From the IMG/VR virus record IMGVR_UViG_3300032267_000041, positions 1-26,464 of that record: a DNA stretch of 26,464 nt. One strand, given 5' to 3'. Positions 1 to 9,049 of this stretch are shown one piece after another. The notes below the pieces were generated by a model. It did not search any database. It saw only the letters and a program-made list of their open reading frames with translations, and had not been told where the DNA came from. A program made the translations under genes and the position numbers. This DNA comes from a virus. Lineage: Duplodnaviria > Caudoviricetes. Positions within the stretch are counted from its first letter, which is position 1. Each line of letters begins with the position of its first letter.

Positions 1-1
1 A

Positions 2-343
2 AAACAAGCTGATTATAATTTTTATTTCCAAACGTTAACTGGAGATCAATCAGATAATTACAAAGGTTGTCCTAGTGTTGGGGAAGTTAAGGCTACAAAA
101 ATATTATCTAATTCTAAAGATTATTGGCAATCAGTTATCGAAGCATATCAATCCAATAATTTAACAGAAGATGACGCTTTAATTCAGGCACGTGTAGCAA
201 AGATATTAAAAAAGAATGATTACGATTTTAAACTTAAAAAAGTAATTTTATGGTCTCCAAATAAAAAACAAAAACCTAAAGGTATTAAATTAATATTAAC
301 TGAACCAGAAGAAGAAAGGACTGTATTTGGTACAAAGATATGA
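2..343 (+). CDS. 5'-3' exonuclease (T7 gp6-like), C-terminal part, 5' truncated by window edge
   Basis: Not in ORF track; my frame +2 translation gives KQADYNFYFQTLTGDQSDNYKGCPSVGEVKATKIL...WQSVIEAYQSNNLTEDDALIQARVAKIL...LWSP. The GDxxDNYxGCPxVG helix-turn-helix motif and QARVAKIL/LWSP tail are typical of gp6-like exonucleases. TGA at 341-343 overlaps the next ATG (ATGA). Confidence 0.9.
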   Translation, partial: KQADYNFYFQTLTGDQSDNYKGCPSVGEVKATKILSNSKDYWQSVIEAYQSNNLTEDDALIQARVAKILKKNDYDFKLKKVILWSPNKKQKPKGIKLILTEPEEERTVFGTKI

Positions 344-558
344 CAAACAAAACATTTTATAAGCAGATAGGTGGGCAACATTATCGATTGATGAAAATTC
401 AGCCATCTATATTTATAAACGAAAACCAATTACCTTTTGCTGAAGGTAATGCAATTAAATATATTTGTCGTCATAGATTAAAAGGTAAGAAGGAAGATGT
501 TTTAAAAGCTATTCATTATTTAGAAATGATAATTGAAAGAGATTATGCCAAAGAATAA
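340..558 (+). CDS. DUF3310 family protein (T7 gp1.7-like, putative nucleotide kinase domain)
   Basis: QIGGQHY...IQP...F.EGNAIKY..R...K..EDVLKAIHYL matches the DUF3310 consensus as I recall it. Confidence 0.85.
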   Translation: MTNKTFYKQIGGQHYRLMKIQPSIFINENQLPFAEGNAIKYICRHRLKGKKEDVLKAIHYLEMIIERDYAKE

Positions 559-721
559 TTATTACGAAAAAGCTAAAGAATATAAATTTTTAGCAGACAA
601 TACAAAAGAGCCTACATTATCAGAATATTATTACAGTATGTATGTTGAGTGTCTATTTAAAGGAGACATAAAAGAAGAAGGAGATACCAAACGATTTGGA
701 AGACATAAAGAAAATGAATGA
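533..721 (+). CDS. hypothetical protein (true start may be the ATG at 545)
   Basis: ORF track; overlaps both neighbours in a co-oriented phage operon. Confidence 0.55.
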   Translation: MKEIMPKNNYYEKAKEYKFLADNTKEPTLSEYYYSMYVECLFKGDIKEEGDTKRFGRHKENE

Positions 722-953
722 TATATACAAATGGAAAAAGATTACCTATCTTACTGTAAAATTTAAAGTAGAAGATTGGTTTTATGCTAAAACCCCAGAC
801 GTTGAAAAAAGTTTTCCCTTCTCACCGAACGCTAAATTTACTTTATTAGACGTTCTTAATACCCGCCACACAGTCGAAATGGAGTCTTTCGATGAAAAAG
901 AAATCCCAAATATTGTTAATCACCCTAACCCACCTGAAGATTTAAGCACTTAG
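696..953 (+). CDS. hypothetical protein
   Basis: ORF track; fills the gap in the operon, no recognised motif. Confidence 0.55.
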   Translation: MEDIKKMNDIYKWKKITYLTVKFKVEDWFYAKTPDVEKSFPFSPNAKFTLLDVLNTRHTVEMESFDEKEIPNIVNHPNPPEDLST

Positions 954-975
954 GTTGCCCTCTTGGAACTAATAT

Positions 976-1164
976 ATGTTTGTAAATAAAGAATTAATAG
1001 AACACTTAAATAAACTATTTCCTAATAAAGTACCTGATATTAGCGAAAATGAACGACAAATTTGGTTTAAAGCTGGTCAAGCTAGTGTCGTATCTTATTT
1101 AAAACAGTTATTAGAAGAACAGAATAATAACTTATTAGATTTAACAATTATAAAGAAAGAGTAA
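976..1164 (+). CDS. conserved T7-like phage protein (gp6.5 position)
   Basis: L..LFP...P......IWFKAGQ.SVV.YL pattern, seen in small proteins preceding the virion genes of marine T7-like phages; synteny. Confidence 0.7.
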   Translation: MFVNKELIEHLNKLFPNKVPDISENERQIWFKAGQASVVSYLKQLLEEQNNNLLDLTIIKKE

Positions 1165-1171
1165 TAAAACT

Positions 1172-1399
1172 ATGTGTATGTCGAGTCCTAAAGCTCCACC
1201 ACCACCACCAATCCCAGCCGCTCCAGCTACAGAAGTAAATGCTAGTCAGGCAACGCTAAGACAAAAAGCACCTCAAACACCAGCAACAGCAAGTTCTACG
1301 CCTTTAAGTGTTGGTAAAAAAAGAGGAAAAGCTAGTTTGGTCGTAGATTTAGACCAGTCAAATTTATCTAGTGGAAGCTCTGGCGTTAATATCCCCTAA
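1172..1399 (+). CDS. small virion protein (T7 gp6.7-like)
   Basis: MC...PK start, Pro-rich N-terminus, KKRGKASLVVDL; lies immediately before the portal. Confidence 0.7.
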   Translation: MCMSSPKAPPPPPIPAAPATEVNASQATLRQKAPQTPATASSTPLSVGKKRGKASLVVDLDQSNLSSGSSGVNIP

Positions 1400-1411
1400 T
1401 AAATAATCACA

Positions 1412-2983
1412 ATGCAACCAACTACAACGGCAAAAAGTCGATACTCAAAACTAGAAAGCATACGCCAACCTTACTTAGATAGAGCAAGAGATTGTGCAGA
1501 ATTTACAATACCTTCTTTAATAACTAGAAGTGGTTATAGTGGCTCAACTAAACTTTACACCCCATATCAAGGTATAGGTGCTAGAGGGGTTAATAATATA
1601 TCTAGTAAATTACTATTAGCACTCCTTCCCCCTAATCAACCATTTTTTAGATTATCCCTAGACGAATTTACTTTACAAAAACTTACCAATCAAAAAGGTA
1701 TGCAAGGTGAGTTTGAAAAAGCTATGGGCTCTATTGAGCGTGTAGTTATGAATGAAATAGAAGTAAATAATTTTAGAACTTCTGTATTTGAAGCACTAAG
1801 ACAGCTTGTAGTTTCAGGTAATGTACTTTTATATATTACCCCAGAACTTTCAATGAAAGTTTATAAGTTAGATGAATACGTTATTAAGAGAGATACAATA
1901 GGTAATGTTATAGAAATTATTACTGAAGATAAAGTAAGTCCATCAGCAGTATCAGAAGAAATTAAAAAATTATTTGACGATAAACTAGACGAAGAAAAAA
2001 GAGATCAAACGATTTCTATTTACACTCGTGTTATTAGATCAGATAATAAAAGGTGGCTTGTGCAACAAGAGGTTAACGACAAAGTCGTTCCTAGTTCAAT
2101 CGGAACTTATCCGTTAGATAAGTCACCTTTCATTCCTTTAAGATACACTCTCACAAATGAAGATTACGGTAGAAGTTTTTGTGAGGAATATATTGGTGAT
2201 TTAAGATCGTTGGAAGCATTATACAGAGCAGTCGTTGAAGGTAGTGCGGCCGCTTCTAAAGTTTTATTTTTAGTCAGACCAAATGGTACAACAAGAATTA
2301 AAACTTTATCTGAAAGTCCTAATGGGGCAATTAGAGAAGGCGATGCAAATGATGTCACTACTTTACAAATGAATAAGTCAGCCGACTTTTCAATTACATT
2401 CCAAACAATTAAAACCATAGAAGAAAGATTAACTTATTCATTCATGTTAATGAATAGTGTTCAACGTAATAACGATAGAGTAACTGCTACCGAAATAAGA
2501 TTATTAGCTGATGCGTTGAATGATAGTGTATCTGGTTTATATTCATTATTATCTCAAGAACTACAATTACCTTTAATTTCCCGTTTGATGTATCAAATGG
2601 AAAAATCAAAAAGATTACCAACGCTTCCCAAAGACAGTATTAAAGTTAAAATTGTAACTGGTTTAGAAGCATTGGGTCGTTCATCAGATTTACAAAGATT
2701 AAATACTTTCATTCAACAATTAACTCCATTTGCACAAGAATTGTTTAAGTATGTTAATTTTGATGAGTATGTAAAAAGAGTAGGGACTTCACTTGGTATT
2801 GATATGGAAGGCTTAATAAAAGCACCAGAACAAATACAAGCTGAAGAACAGGCGGCACAACAACAAGCTATGATACAGCAAGCCACACCTCATATAGCAA
2901 AAGAAGGTGCTGGAATGGTTAGAGATAGCTTTCAAAACAGGGCGGAACAACAAGCACAAGAGCAAGCACAACAACAACAATAA
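1412..2983 (+). CDS. portal / head-to-tail connector (gp8-like)
   Basis: 523 aa; GARGVNNISSKLLLALLPPNQPFFRL, EDYGRSFCEEYIGDL, RVTATEIR, TGLEALGR; Gln-rich tail. Confidence 0.97.
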   Translation: MQPTTTAKSRYSKLESIRQPYLDRARDCAEFTIPSLITRSGYSGSTKLYTPYQGIGARGVNNISSKLLLALLPPNQPFFRLSLDEFTLQKLTNQKGMQGEFEKAMGSIERVVMNEIEVNNFRTSVFEALRQLVVSGNVLLYITPELSMKVYKLDEYVIKRDTIGNVIEIITEDKVSPSAVSEEIKKLFDDKLDEEKRDQTISIYTRVIRSDNKRWLVQQEVNDKVVPSSIGTYPLDKSPFIPLRYTLTNEDYGRSFCEEYIGDLRSLEALYRAVVEGSAAASKVLFLVRPNGTTRIKTLSESPNGAIREGDANDVTTLQMNKSADFSITFQTIKTIEERLTYSFMLMNSVQRNNDRVTATEIRLLADALNDSVSGLYSLLSQELQLPLISRLMYQMEKSKRLPTLPKDSIKVKIVTGLEALGRSSDLQRLNTFIQQLTPFAQELFKYVNFDEYVKRVGTSLGIDMEGLIKAPEQIQAEEQAAQQQAMIQQATPHIAKEGAGMVRDSFQNRAEQQAQEQAQQQQ

Positions 2984-2995
2984 GGAAAATAAATA

Positions 2996-3790
2996 ATGAG
3001 TGAACTAACACAAGTAAATGTGACTCCGACCCCTTCTGTCGAAAGTAAAGAGTATGTAGATAGCATGATACAGAAAGCCGAAAACGCAAACAAATTACCA
3101 GAAGATAAAGTTCAACAAACTGAGACTGTAAAAACTGAACAACCAGTCCAAGAAAAAATACTTGGTAAATTTAATTCACAAGATGAATTAATTAAATCTT
3201 ATCAAGAATTAGAAAAAAAACTTGGTCAACCAGTAGATGATAAAAAAGTTGAAAATAAAAACCCATTACAAGCACAAGCAAAAACAGATGATGCAAAAAG
3301 TATATCTGCTTTTCAAACTGCTGAAAAAGAATTTAGTGAAACTGGACAGCTTAGTGAAGCAACATTAACTTCATTAGAAAAATCTGGTTTACCTAAACAG
3401 TATATTAATAATTATTTAAAAGGTCTTGAAGCTATGGCTGACCAATTTCAAGCCAAAGCATATTCAATTACTCAAGGCGAGCAACAATATAAATCTATGA
3501 CTGATTGGGTTGCTAATAATTTAACACAAGAAGAAATTAACAGTTTTAATCAAGGGGTATCAAGCGACGATAATACAGCCTTATTTACTATAAGAGGAAT
3601 GTATGCTCGATATAACGCAGAGAACAGAGAACCTAAATTAAGTTTAGGTGAAACTTCTCAATCTTCAGTTGGTGATAGATACGAAAGTATTGCACAATTA
3701 AAAGAAGATATGAAAAACCCTATGTATGACAAAGACCCAGCTTTTAGAAAAAAAGTTGAAACTAAACTTTCAAGGTCAAACATACTATAA
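2996..3790 (+). CDS. capsid scaffolding/assembly protein (gp9-like)
   Basis: GKF.S..EL.KSY.ELEKKLG, Y..M..W...NL, and the C-terminal P.Y.KDPAFR.KVE.KL.RS motif; lies between portal and capsid. Confidence 0.93.
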   Translation: MSELTQVNVTPTPSVESKEYVDSMIQKAENANKLPEDKVQQTETVKTEQPVQEKILGKFNSQDELIKSYQELEKKLGQPVDDKKVENKNPLQAQAKTDDAKSISAFQTAEKEFSETGQLSEATLTSLEKSGLPKQYINNYLKGLEAMADQFQAKAYSITQGEQQYKSMTDWVANNLTQEEINSFNQGVSSDDNTALFTIRGMYARYNAENREPKLSLGETSQSSVGDRYESIAQLKEDMKNPMYDKDPAFRKKVETKLSRSNIL

Positions 3791-3800
3791 CAAAATTCTT

Positions 3801-3864
3801 TAGGAGAATTAGTTACTCCTACTGATTAACCCAATAAAGTAAGTCTAAACCGACCCGAGGGTCG
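3801..3864 (+). promoter_or_regulatory. two hairpins in the major capsid leader
   Basis: taggag(3801-3806)/ctccta(3816-3821) and cgacc-cgag-ggtcg (3851-3864) in a 142-nt intergenic gap; RBS-like aagga just upstream of the ATG at 3933. Confidence 0.45.
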
Positions 3865-3932
3865 ATAATTTTGTATCTGAAATACGGCGTTTTTAACTTA
3901 ACTAAGCAACTTAACTTATAAAGGACATATAA

Positions 3933-4895
3933 ATGTCAAGTTATACTCCTTCTATTATAGGTCAGGCGGCTGGTGCGGGCGATCAAAATGCACTTTTCTT
4001 AAAATTATTTTCAGGAGAAGTGATGACGGCGTTCGAAAGAGCTAATACTGCCTTAGATAGAACAATGGTACGTACGATTTCTCAAGGGAAATCTGCAACG
4101 TTTCCCGTTTTCGGGAAAGCTTCAGCGGCTTACCACTCAGCTGGAACTGAACTAACTGGTTCTTCAATCGTTGGTAACGAAAGAGTTATCACTATTCAAG
4201 ACTTGTTAGTATCTCACGTGTTTATCGCTTCTATTGAAGAAGCTAAATCATCTTGGGAAGTTAGAAGCATCTATGCAAAAGAGCTAGGAAATGCTTTAGC
4301 AACTCAAATGGATAAGCATATTTACCAAGTACTTGTAAACGCTTCTAGAGCATCTGCAACATCTCCGCAGTCTGCTGGAGTACAAGTAACTTCTGCAAAC
4401 TTCTTAACATCTGGTGCTACTGCGGCTTCTGCAATTTACGAAGCGGCTAGAAAATTAGATGAAGCTGACGTTCCTGCAGAAGACAGATACGTAGCTGTAT
4501 CACCACAAGTTTATTACAACATGGTTGGTGACACTACTGCGGCTGTAATCAACAGAGACTTTAATAACGGAAATAATGGTTCTTACTCAGACGGAAAAGT
4601 TTTGAGAATAGCTGGTATTGAAGTTGTTAAAACTAATAACTTACCTTCTGGAACAATTAGTTCTGGAACTGGTATTGGTTCAGTAGTTGGTTCAACTGGT
4701 GGATTAGGCGGAACATACACTAACACTGTTGGTGTTGTTTGGCAAAAATCTGCGGCTGGAAGTTTAAAATTACTCGACCTAAGTTCAGAGATGGAATATT
4801 CGGCAAGACATCAGGGAACTTTGCTTGTTGCTAAGTATGCGGCAGGACACGGTATCCTTAGACCCGAAGCGTCTATCGAAATCAAAACAGCTTAA
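3933..4895 (+). CDS. major capsid protein (gp10-like)
   Basis: ALFLKLFSGEVMTAF, RTISQGKSATFP, YAKELGNALA, LDEADVP..DR, YAAGHGILRPE. Confidence 0.97.
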   Translation: MSSYTPSIIGQAAGAGDQNALFLKLFSGEVMTAFERANTALDRTMVRTISQGKSATFPVFGKASAAYHSAGTELTGSSIVGNERVITIQDLLVSHVFIASIEEAKSSWEVRSIYAKELGNALATQMDKHIYQVLVNASRASATSPQSAGVQVTSANFLTSGATAASAIYEAARKLDEADVPAEDRYVAVSPQVYYNMVGDTTAAVINRDFNNGNNGSYSDGKVLRIAGIEVVKTNNLPSGTISSGTGIGSVVGSTGGLGGTYTNTVGVVWQKSAAGSLKLLDLSSEMEYSARHQGTLLVAKYAAGHGILRPEASIEIKTA

Positions 4896-4917
4896 TTACC
4901 TCGTAATGTAAATTAAG

Positions 4918-4943
4918 TAGGAGGGGGAGCAATCCCCCTCTTA
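4918..4943 (+). terminator. GC-rich hairpin after the capsid gene (T-phi-like position)
   Basis: gaggggga-GCAA-tccccctc (4921-4940), a perfect 8-bp stem with a GNRA tetraloop, extendable by 3 bp; no classical U-run follows. Confidence 0.7.
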
Positions 4944-4970
4944 ATAAAATTAATCAAACAATTATAAATA

Positions 4971-5588
4971 ATGTCATTAACAGTAACAAGTAAGCTTGAA
5001 GCTATAAACACAATGCTTACAAGCATCGGTGAAATACCAGTATCTAGTATTACCAACGCCACAACTAATGACGTATCAATCGCTATTCAAATTTTAGACC
5101 ACGTTTCAAGAGAAGTACAAGCTCGTGGTTGGTTTTTTAACACAGACATAAATTATTCTTTAACACCTAATAACAATAATCAAATTGAACTTCCAGCAAA
5201 CGCATTAAGAGTTGAGTTAGCTGATGGATATAGAAGACACGACTTTGTTGAAAGAAATAGAAAACTTTACGACAGGGTAAATAATACTTTTACAATAACA
5301 GATAACATAAAAGTTAATATAGTATTTTTATTAGATTTTTCAGAATTACCAGAAGTAGCACGTCATTATATTTTAGTTAGAGCATCAAGAATATTTCAAG
5401 ACAGAATGTTAGTTTCTTCTGAATTACATAAATTCCATGAAATGGACGAATTACAATCTTACATGAGCTTAAAAGAAGCTGAGGGAGATATTGGTCGTCA
5501 TAATATCTTAACTGGAAATTATGATGTTTATAGAGTTTTAGACAGAGGTAATTATCAACCAAATAAATCATCAATTATTAATGACTAA
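4971..5588 (+). CDS. tail tubular protein A (gp11-like)
   Basis: LEAINTML..IGE.PV, REVQ.RGW.FN, LPEVAR.YI..RASR.F. Confidence 0.95.
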   Translation: MSLTVTSKLEAINTMLTSIGEIPVSSITNATTNDVSIAIQILDHVSREVQARGWFFNTDINYSLTPNNNNQIELPANALRVELADGYRRHDFVERNRKLYDRVNNTFTITDNIKVNIVFLLDFSELPEVARHYILVRASRIFQDRMLVSSELHKFHEMDELQSYMSLKEAEGDIGRHNILTGNYDVYRVLDRGNYQPNKSSIIND

Positions 5589-7981
5589 TGGCTTCAAAAT
5601 TAATCAGCACAAGTATTCCAAATTTATTAAATGGAGTAAGTCAGCAACCAGATACAATAAGATTACCTAACCAAGCTGAAACTCAAGAAAATGGTTTATC
5701 AGATGTTGTTTATGGTCTTGGTAAAAGACCACCATCAATTCATGTAGCAAAATTAAATACTGATACTTTTACTAATAGTAAAATTCATTTTATTAATAGG
5801 GACTCAACTGAAAGATACACAGTATTAATTAATAATGGTTCTATAAAAGTTTATGATTTAAATGGTAATCAAAAAACAGTAGTAGCACCTTCGTTAACTT
5901 ATTTAACAACTACTAATCCAGTTCAAGATATAAATCTTGTAACCGTTGCAGATTTTACCTTTGTTGTAAATAAAACTATAACTGTAGCTAAATCTGGCAA
6001 CGTAACTAGCACTAGACCTGATGAAGCAATTTTTTATGTTAAAAATGGTCAGTATAAAACAACTTACGAAATTAAAATAAATGGAAGTACTGTTGCTAGT
6101 TATCAAACTTTAGACAACTCTACTTCTTCAAATGCGTCTTCAATAACTACAGATAATATAGCAACAGAATTATATAACGATTTAGTTTCAGCATTTCCTT
6201 CTGGCTATACGATTGTCAGAGACGGCTCTATAATTTATTTTGCAAAAACAACTGGTACTTTTACAGCAAGCGTAAGTGATGGTATTGGTGGTGACGGTTT
6301 AATATTAGTTAAAAATAAAACCAACTCATTTTCAGATTTACCATATAAAGGCTACACTGGGTTTTTAGTTGAAGTAACTGGGGACAAAGGTACGGAATTT
6401 GATAATTACTATGTTTACTGGGACGGGGACGCTTGGGTTGAAACTGTTGCAGATGGTTTAGATAATAATTTTAATACAGCAACACTTCCCCACGTATTAA
6501 TTAGAACAGCTGATGGAAATTTTAGATTTTGTAAAGCTGATGGTTCAAGTTATACAATAGGAGCAACATCATACACAGTACCGACATATAACGGAAGAAC
6601 TTGTGGTGATATAGATACAGCTAGCGACCCAAGTTTTGTTGGTAATAAAATTCAAGATATTTTCTTTTATAGAAACAGATTAGGTTTATTATCTGATGAA
6701 AATGTTATCTTTTCAAAAGTAAGTGAATTTTTTACTTTTTACCCAGAGACAGTAACTACAATATTAGACGACGATGCAGTTGACGTGGCTGTAAGTCATA
6801 ATAGAGTAAGTAATTTAAAATGGGCTGTAGCATTAAACGAAGAACTTTTATTATTTTCTGACACTACACAATTTTTATTAAAACCAGAAGAAACTTTAAC
6901 TTCTAAAACAGTAGCAATTAATCAAGCAACTGAATATGAAATTGACTCTATTTGTAAACCAGTACCAATAGGTAAAAATGTTTACTTTTCTTTTAGACGA
7001 GGAACTTATGCTGGTGTTAGTGAATACTTCTTATCAAGTGATTTATTAACAAAAGAAGCAAATGATACTTCATTAAATGTCCCTAGATATTTGAATGGTA
7101 GGGTTTATTCATTAAAGGGTTCAAACACAGAAAACACTTTATTTGCTTTTAGTAGTGAGGCAAGAAACACAATAGGCGTTTATAAATTTTATTTTGACTC
7201 TAGTAATAAATCGCTACAAAAATCTTGGTCTAAATATATCTTCCCAACAGGAACAGTATTATTAGACGGTGAAGTTATAGATACATTTTTTTATCTAGTA
7301 GTTAAAAGAGACGACGGAGTTTATTTAGAAAAGATAAATCTAAAAACTAATGAAGTTGATACTAACTTAACTTTCCCAGTATTATTAGATAGGAAAGTTA
7401 GTGTTACTGGAACTTATAATTCTACCACTAATTTAACTACATTTACTTTACCTTACCCAGATACGCAGACTAGGGCAGTAGTATTAGGTGGCGACTGGTC
7501 TTCAACACAAAGAGGTAGATCGGTTGATATTAATTCATCAACTTCAACAACTGTTGTAGTAGTTGGTAATTATTCTACTAACCCAGTCTACATAGGTAAT
7601 AAATATAATTTTAAATACAGATTTTCTACTTTTTATGTAAGAGAGCAAAGAGGCTCTGGTACAACTTCCACAATTAATTCTGGTAGATTACAACTTAAAA
7701 AATTAAAACTTGTTTACGGAGATACTGGGTATTTTAATGTAAGTTTATTTCCTACAGCTAGAGATACAAGTATATACCAATTTACGGGACAAATTTTAGG
7801 TTCTAGTAATTTCATTTTAGGTAAGCCAACTTTAGAAAGTGGAAGTTTTAGCTGTCCTATACAATGTAGAAATATAGATATTGATATAGAAATTAATAGC
7901 GATAGTTATTTACCATGTAATTTCTTATCGGCTGAGTGGGAAGGTCTTTTTACAATATTATCACAACGAGTAGCTGTGTAA
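5588..7981 (+). CDS. tail tubular protein B (gp12-like)
   Basis: 797 aa; IPNLLNGVSQQPD..R, KRPP, PSFVG.KI.DIFFYRNRLG.LS.ENVI.S, Q.SWS. Confidence 0.96.
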   Translation: MASKLISTSIPNLLNGVSQQPDTIRLPNQAETQENGLSDVVYGLGKRPPSIHVAKLNTDTFTNSKIHFINRDSTERYTVLINNGSIKVYDLNGNQKTVVAPSLTYLTTTNPVQDINLVTVADFTFVVNKTITVAKSGNVTSTRPDEAIFYVKNGQYKTTYEIKINGSTVASYQTLDNSTSSNASSITTDNIATELYNDLVSAFPSGYTIVRDGSIIYFAKTTGTFTASVSDGIGGDGLILVKNKTNSFSDLPYKGYTGFLVEVTGDKGTEFDNYYVYWDGDAWVETVADGLDNNFNTATLPHVLIRTADGNFRFCKADGSSYTIGATSYTVPTYNGRTCGDIDTASDPSFVGNKIQDIFFYRNRLGLLSDENVIFSKVSEFFTFYPETVTTILDDDAVDVAVSHNRVSNLKWAVALNEELLLFSDTTQFLLKPEETLTSKTVAINQATEYEIDSICKPVPIGKNVYFSFRRGTYAGVSEYFLSSDLLTKEANDTSLNVPRYLNGRVYSLKGSNTENTLFAFSSEARNTIGVYKFYFDSSNKSLQKSWSKYIFPTGTVLLDGEVIDTFFYLVVKRDDGVYLEKINLKTNEVDTNLTFPVLLDRKVSVTGTYNSTTNLTTFTLPYPDTQTRAVVLGGDWSSTQRGRSVDINSSTSTTVVVVGNYSTNPVYIGNKYNFKYRFSTFYVREQRGSGTTSTINSGRLQLKKLKLVYGDTGYFNVSLFPTARDTSIYQFTGQILGSSNFILGKPTLESGSFSCPIQCRNIDIDIEINSDSYLPCNFLSAEWEGLFTILSQRVAV

Positions 7982-8454
7982 TGAATATTATAGAAAGAAA
8001 CACTACAATAGATGACATTGTAGGTTTAATTTCTAACTTAAGAAAAGAAGATTTATTAGAAGTACAAACAATTACTGGTCAAGATAAAATTTATAAACCA
8101 CTAAAAGAAAGTATTTTAAATTCAACTTATTCTAAATCTTTTTTAGTTGATAATAAAGTTGCTGGAATTTATGGAGTAACTGCATCACCATATAATAAAA
8201 ATACTGGTGCACCATATCTTTTATGCACAAATGAACTATACAAAATAAAAAAAACTTTTATTAAAAACTGTATTAATCGTGTCGAGGAAATGCAGTTCAA
8301 ATTTCCAATATTGTTCAATTACATAGATAGTAGAAATAAACTTCATCTTGATTGGATTAAGTATTGTGGATTTACAATCATTAACGACAAATATTTTAAC
8401 AACATTAAATTTCATGGTTTTATGAAAAAACGAGAGGACTTAAATTATGTGTAA
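7981..8454 (+). CDS. internal virion protein A-like (gp13, GNAT-like fold)
   Basis: NLR.ED..E, L.NYIDSRN.LH..W.K.CGF; start chosen at the TAATG overlap with gp12 rather than the track's 7936. Confidence 0.8.
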   Translation: MNIIERNTTIDDIVGLISNLRKEDLLEVQTITGQDKIYKPLKESILNSTYSKSFLVDNKVAGIYGVTASPYNKNTGAPYLLCTNELYKIKKTFIKNCINRVEEMQFKFPILFNYIDSRNKLHLDWIKYCGFTIINDKYFNNIKFHGFMKKREDLNYV

Positions 8455-9049
8455 TCCAACGGCATATGTTATATTTCAAGTAGCAAGTGCATATATGTCA
8501 TATAAAGCTGACGACGCATCAGCAAAAGCTACTAACGAAAGATCAGCTAATCAAGCTCAAACTTTAAGAGATAACGCTATTTATTCTGATAATTCTTTAA
8601 TAAGAAAAAAAGAATTAGAAGTACAAAAAGCTTCATTAAATAAATTTAATACAGATATTAAAGCTAAACAATTACTTGGCACAGCTAAAACTAAAATTGG
8701 CGAAAAAGGAATTGGTGGAAATGTTGTAGACACTTTACTAGGCGACATTGAAAGACAACGTGGTTTTGCTTTTAATACTATTGATACTAATTATGAAAAT
8801 TATGTAAGGGCAATCGACACTAATAGAGAAGAAACTAATCGAAATTATGTAAATCAAGTGTTGTCTTTACCAACAGCTTACAGACCTTCAATATTACCAT
8901 ATGCTCTTAAAGCAGGCGGAAACATAGCTGGAATGTATGTGTCAACTCAAGCACCAAATACTTTATTTGGAAATTCACAATCATTTGACGGAGCTAGAAG
9001 TATGACCGAGTATTCTTTAGAACCAACAGCGTGGAGCGGTAGTAAATAA
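8447..9049 (+). CDS. internal virion protein B-like (gp14)
   Basis: MCNP start, 200 aa, GE.G.GGN.VD.LL.D; synteny. Confidence 0.8.
   Translation: MCNPTAYVIFQVASAYMSYKADDASAKATNERSANQAQTLRDNAIYSDNSLIRKKELEVQKASLNKFNTDIKAKQLLGTAKTKIGEKGIGGNVVDTLLGDIERQRGFAFNTIDTNYENYVRAIDTNREETNRNYVNQVLSLPTAYRPSILPYALKAGGNIAGMYVSTQAPNTLFGNSQSFDGARSMTEYSLEPTAWSGSK

Noticed and set aside
4860-4970. T7 gp10B-style capsid frameshift extension
   Set aside because: No clear slippery site, and only 75 nt including a hairpin lie before the next gene, leaving no room for an extension domain
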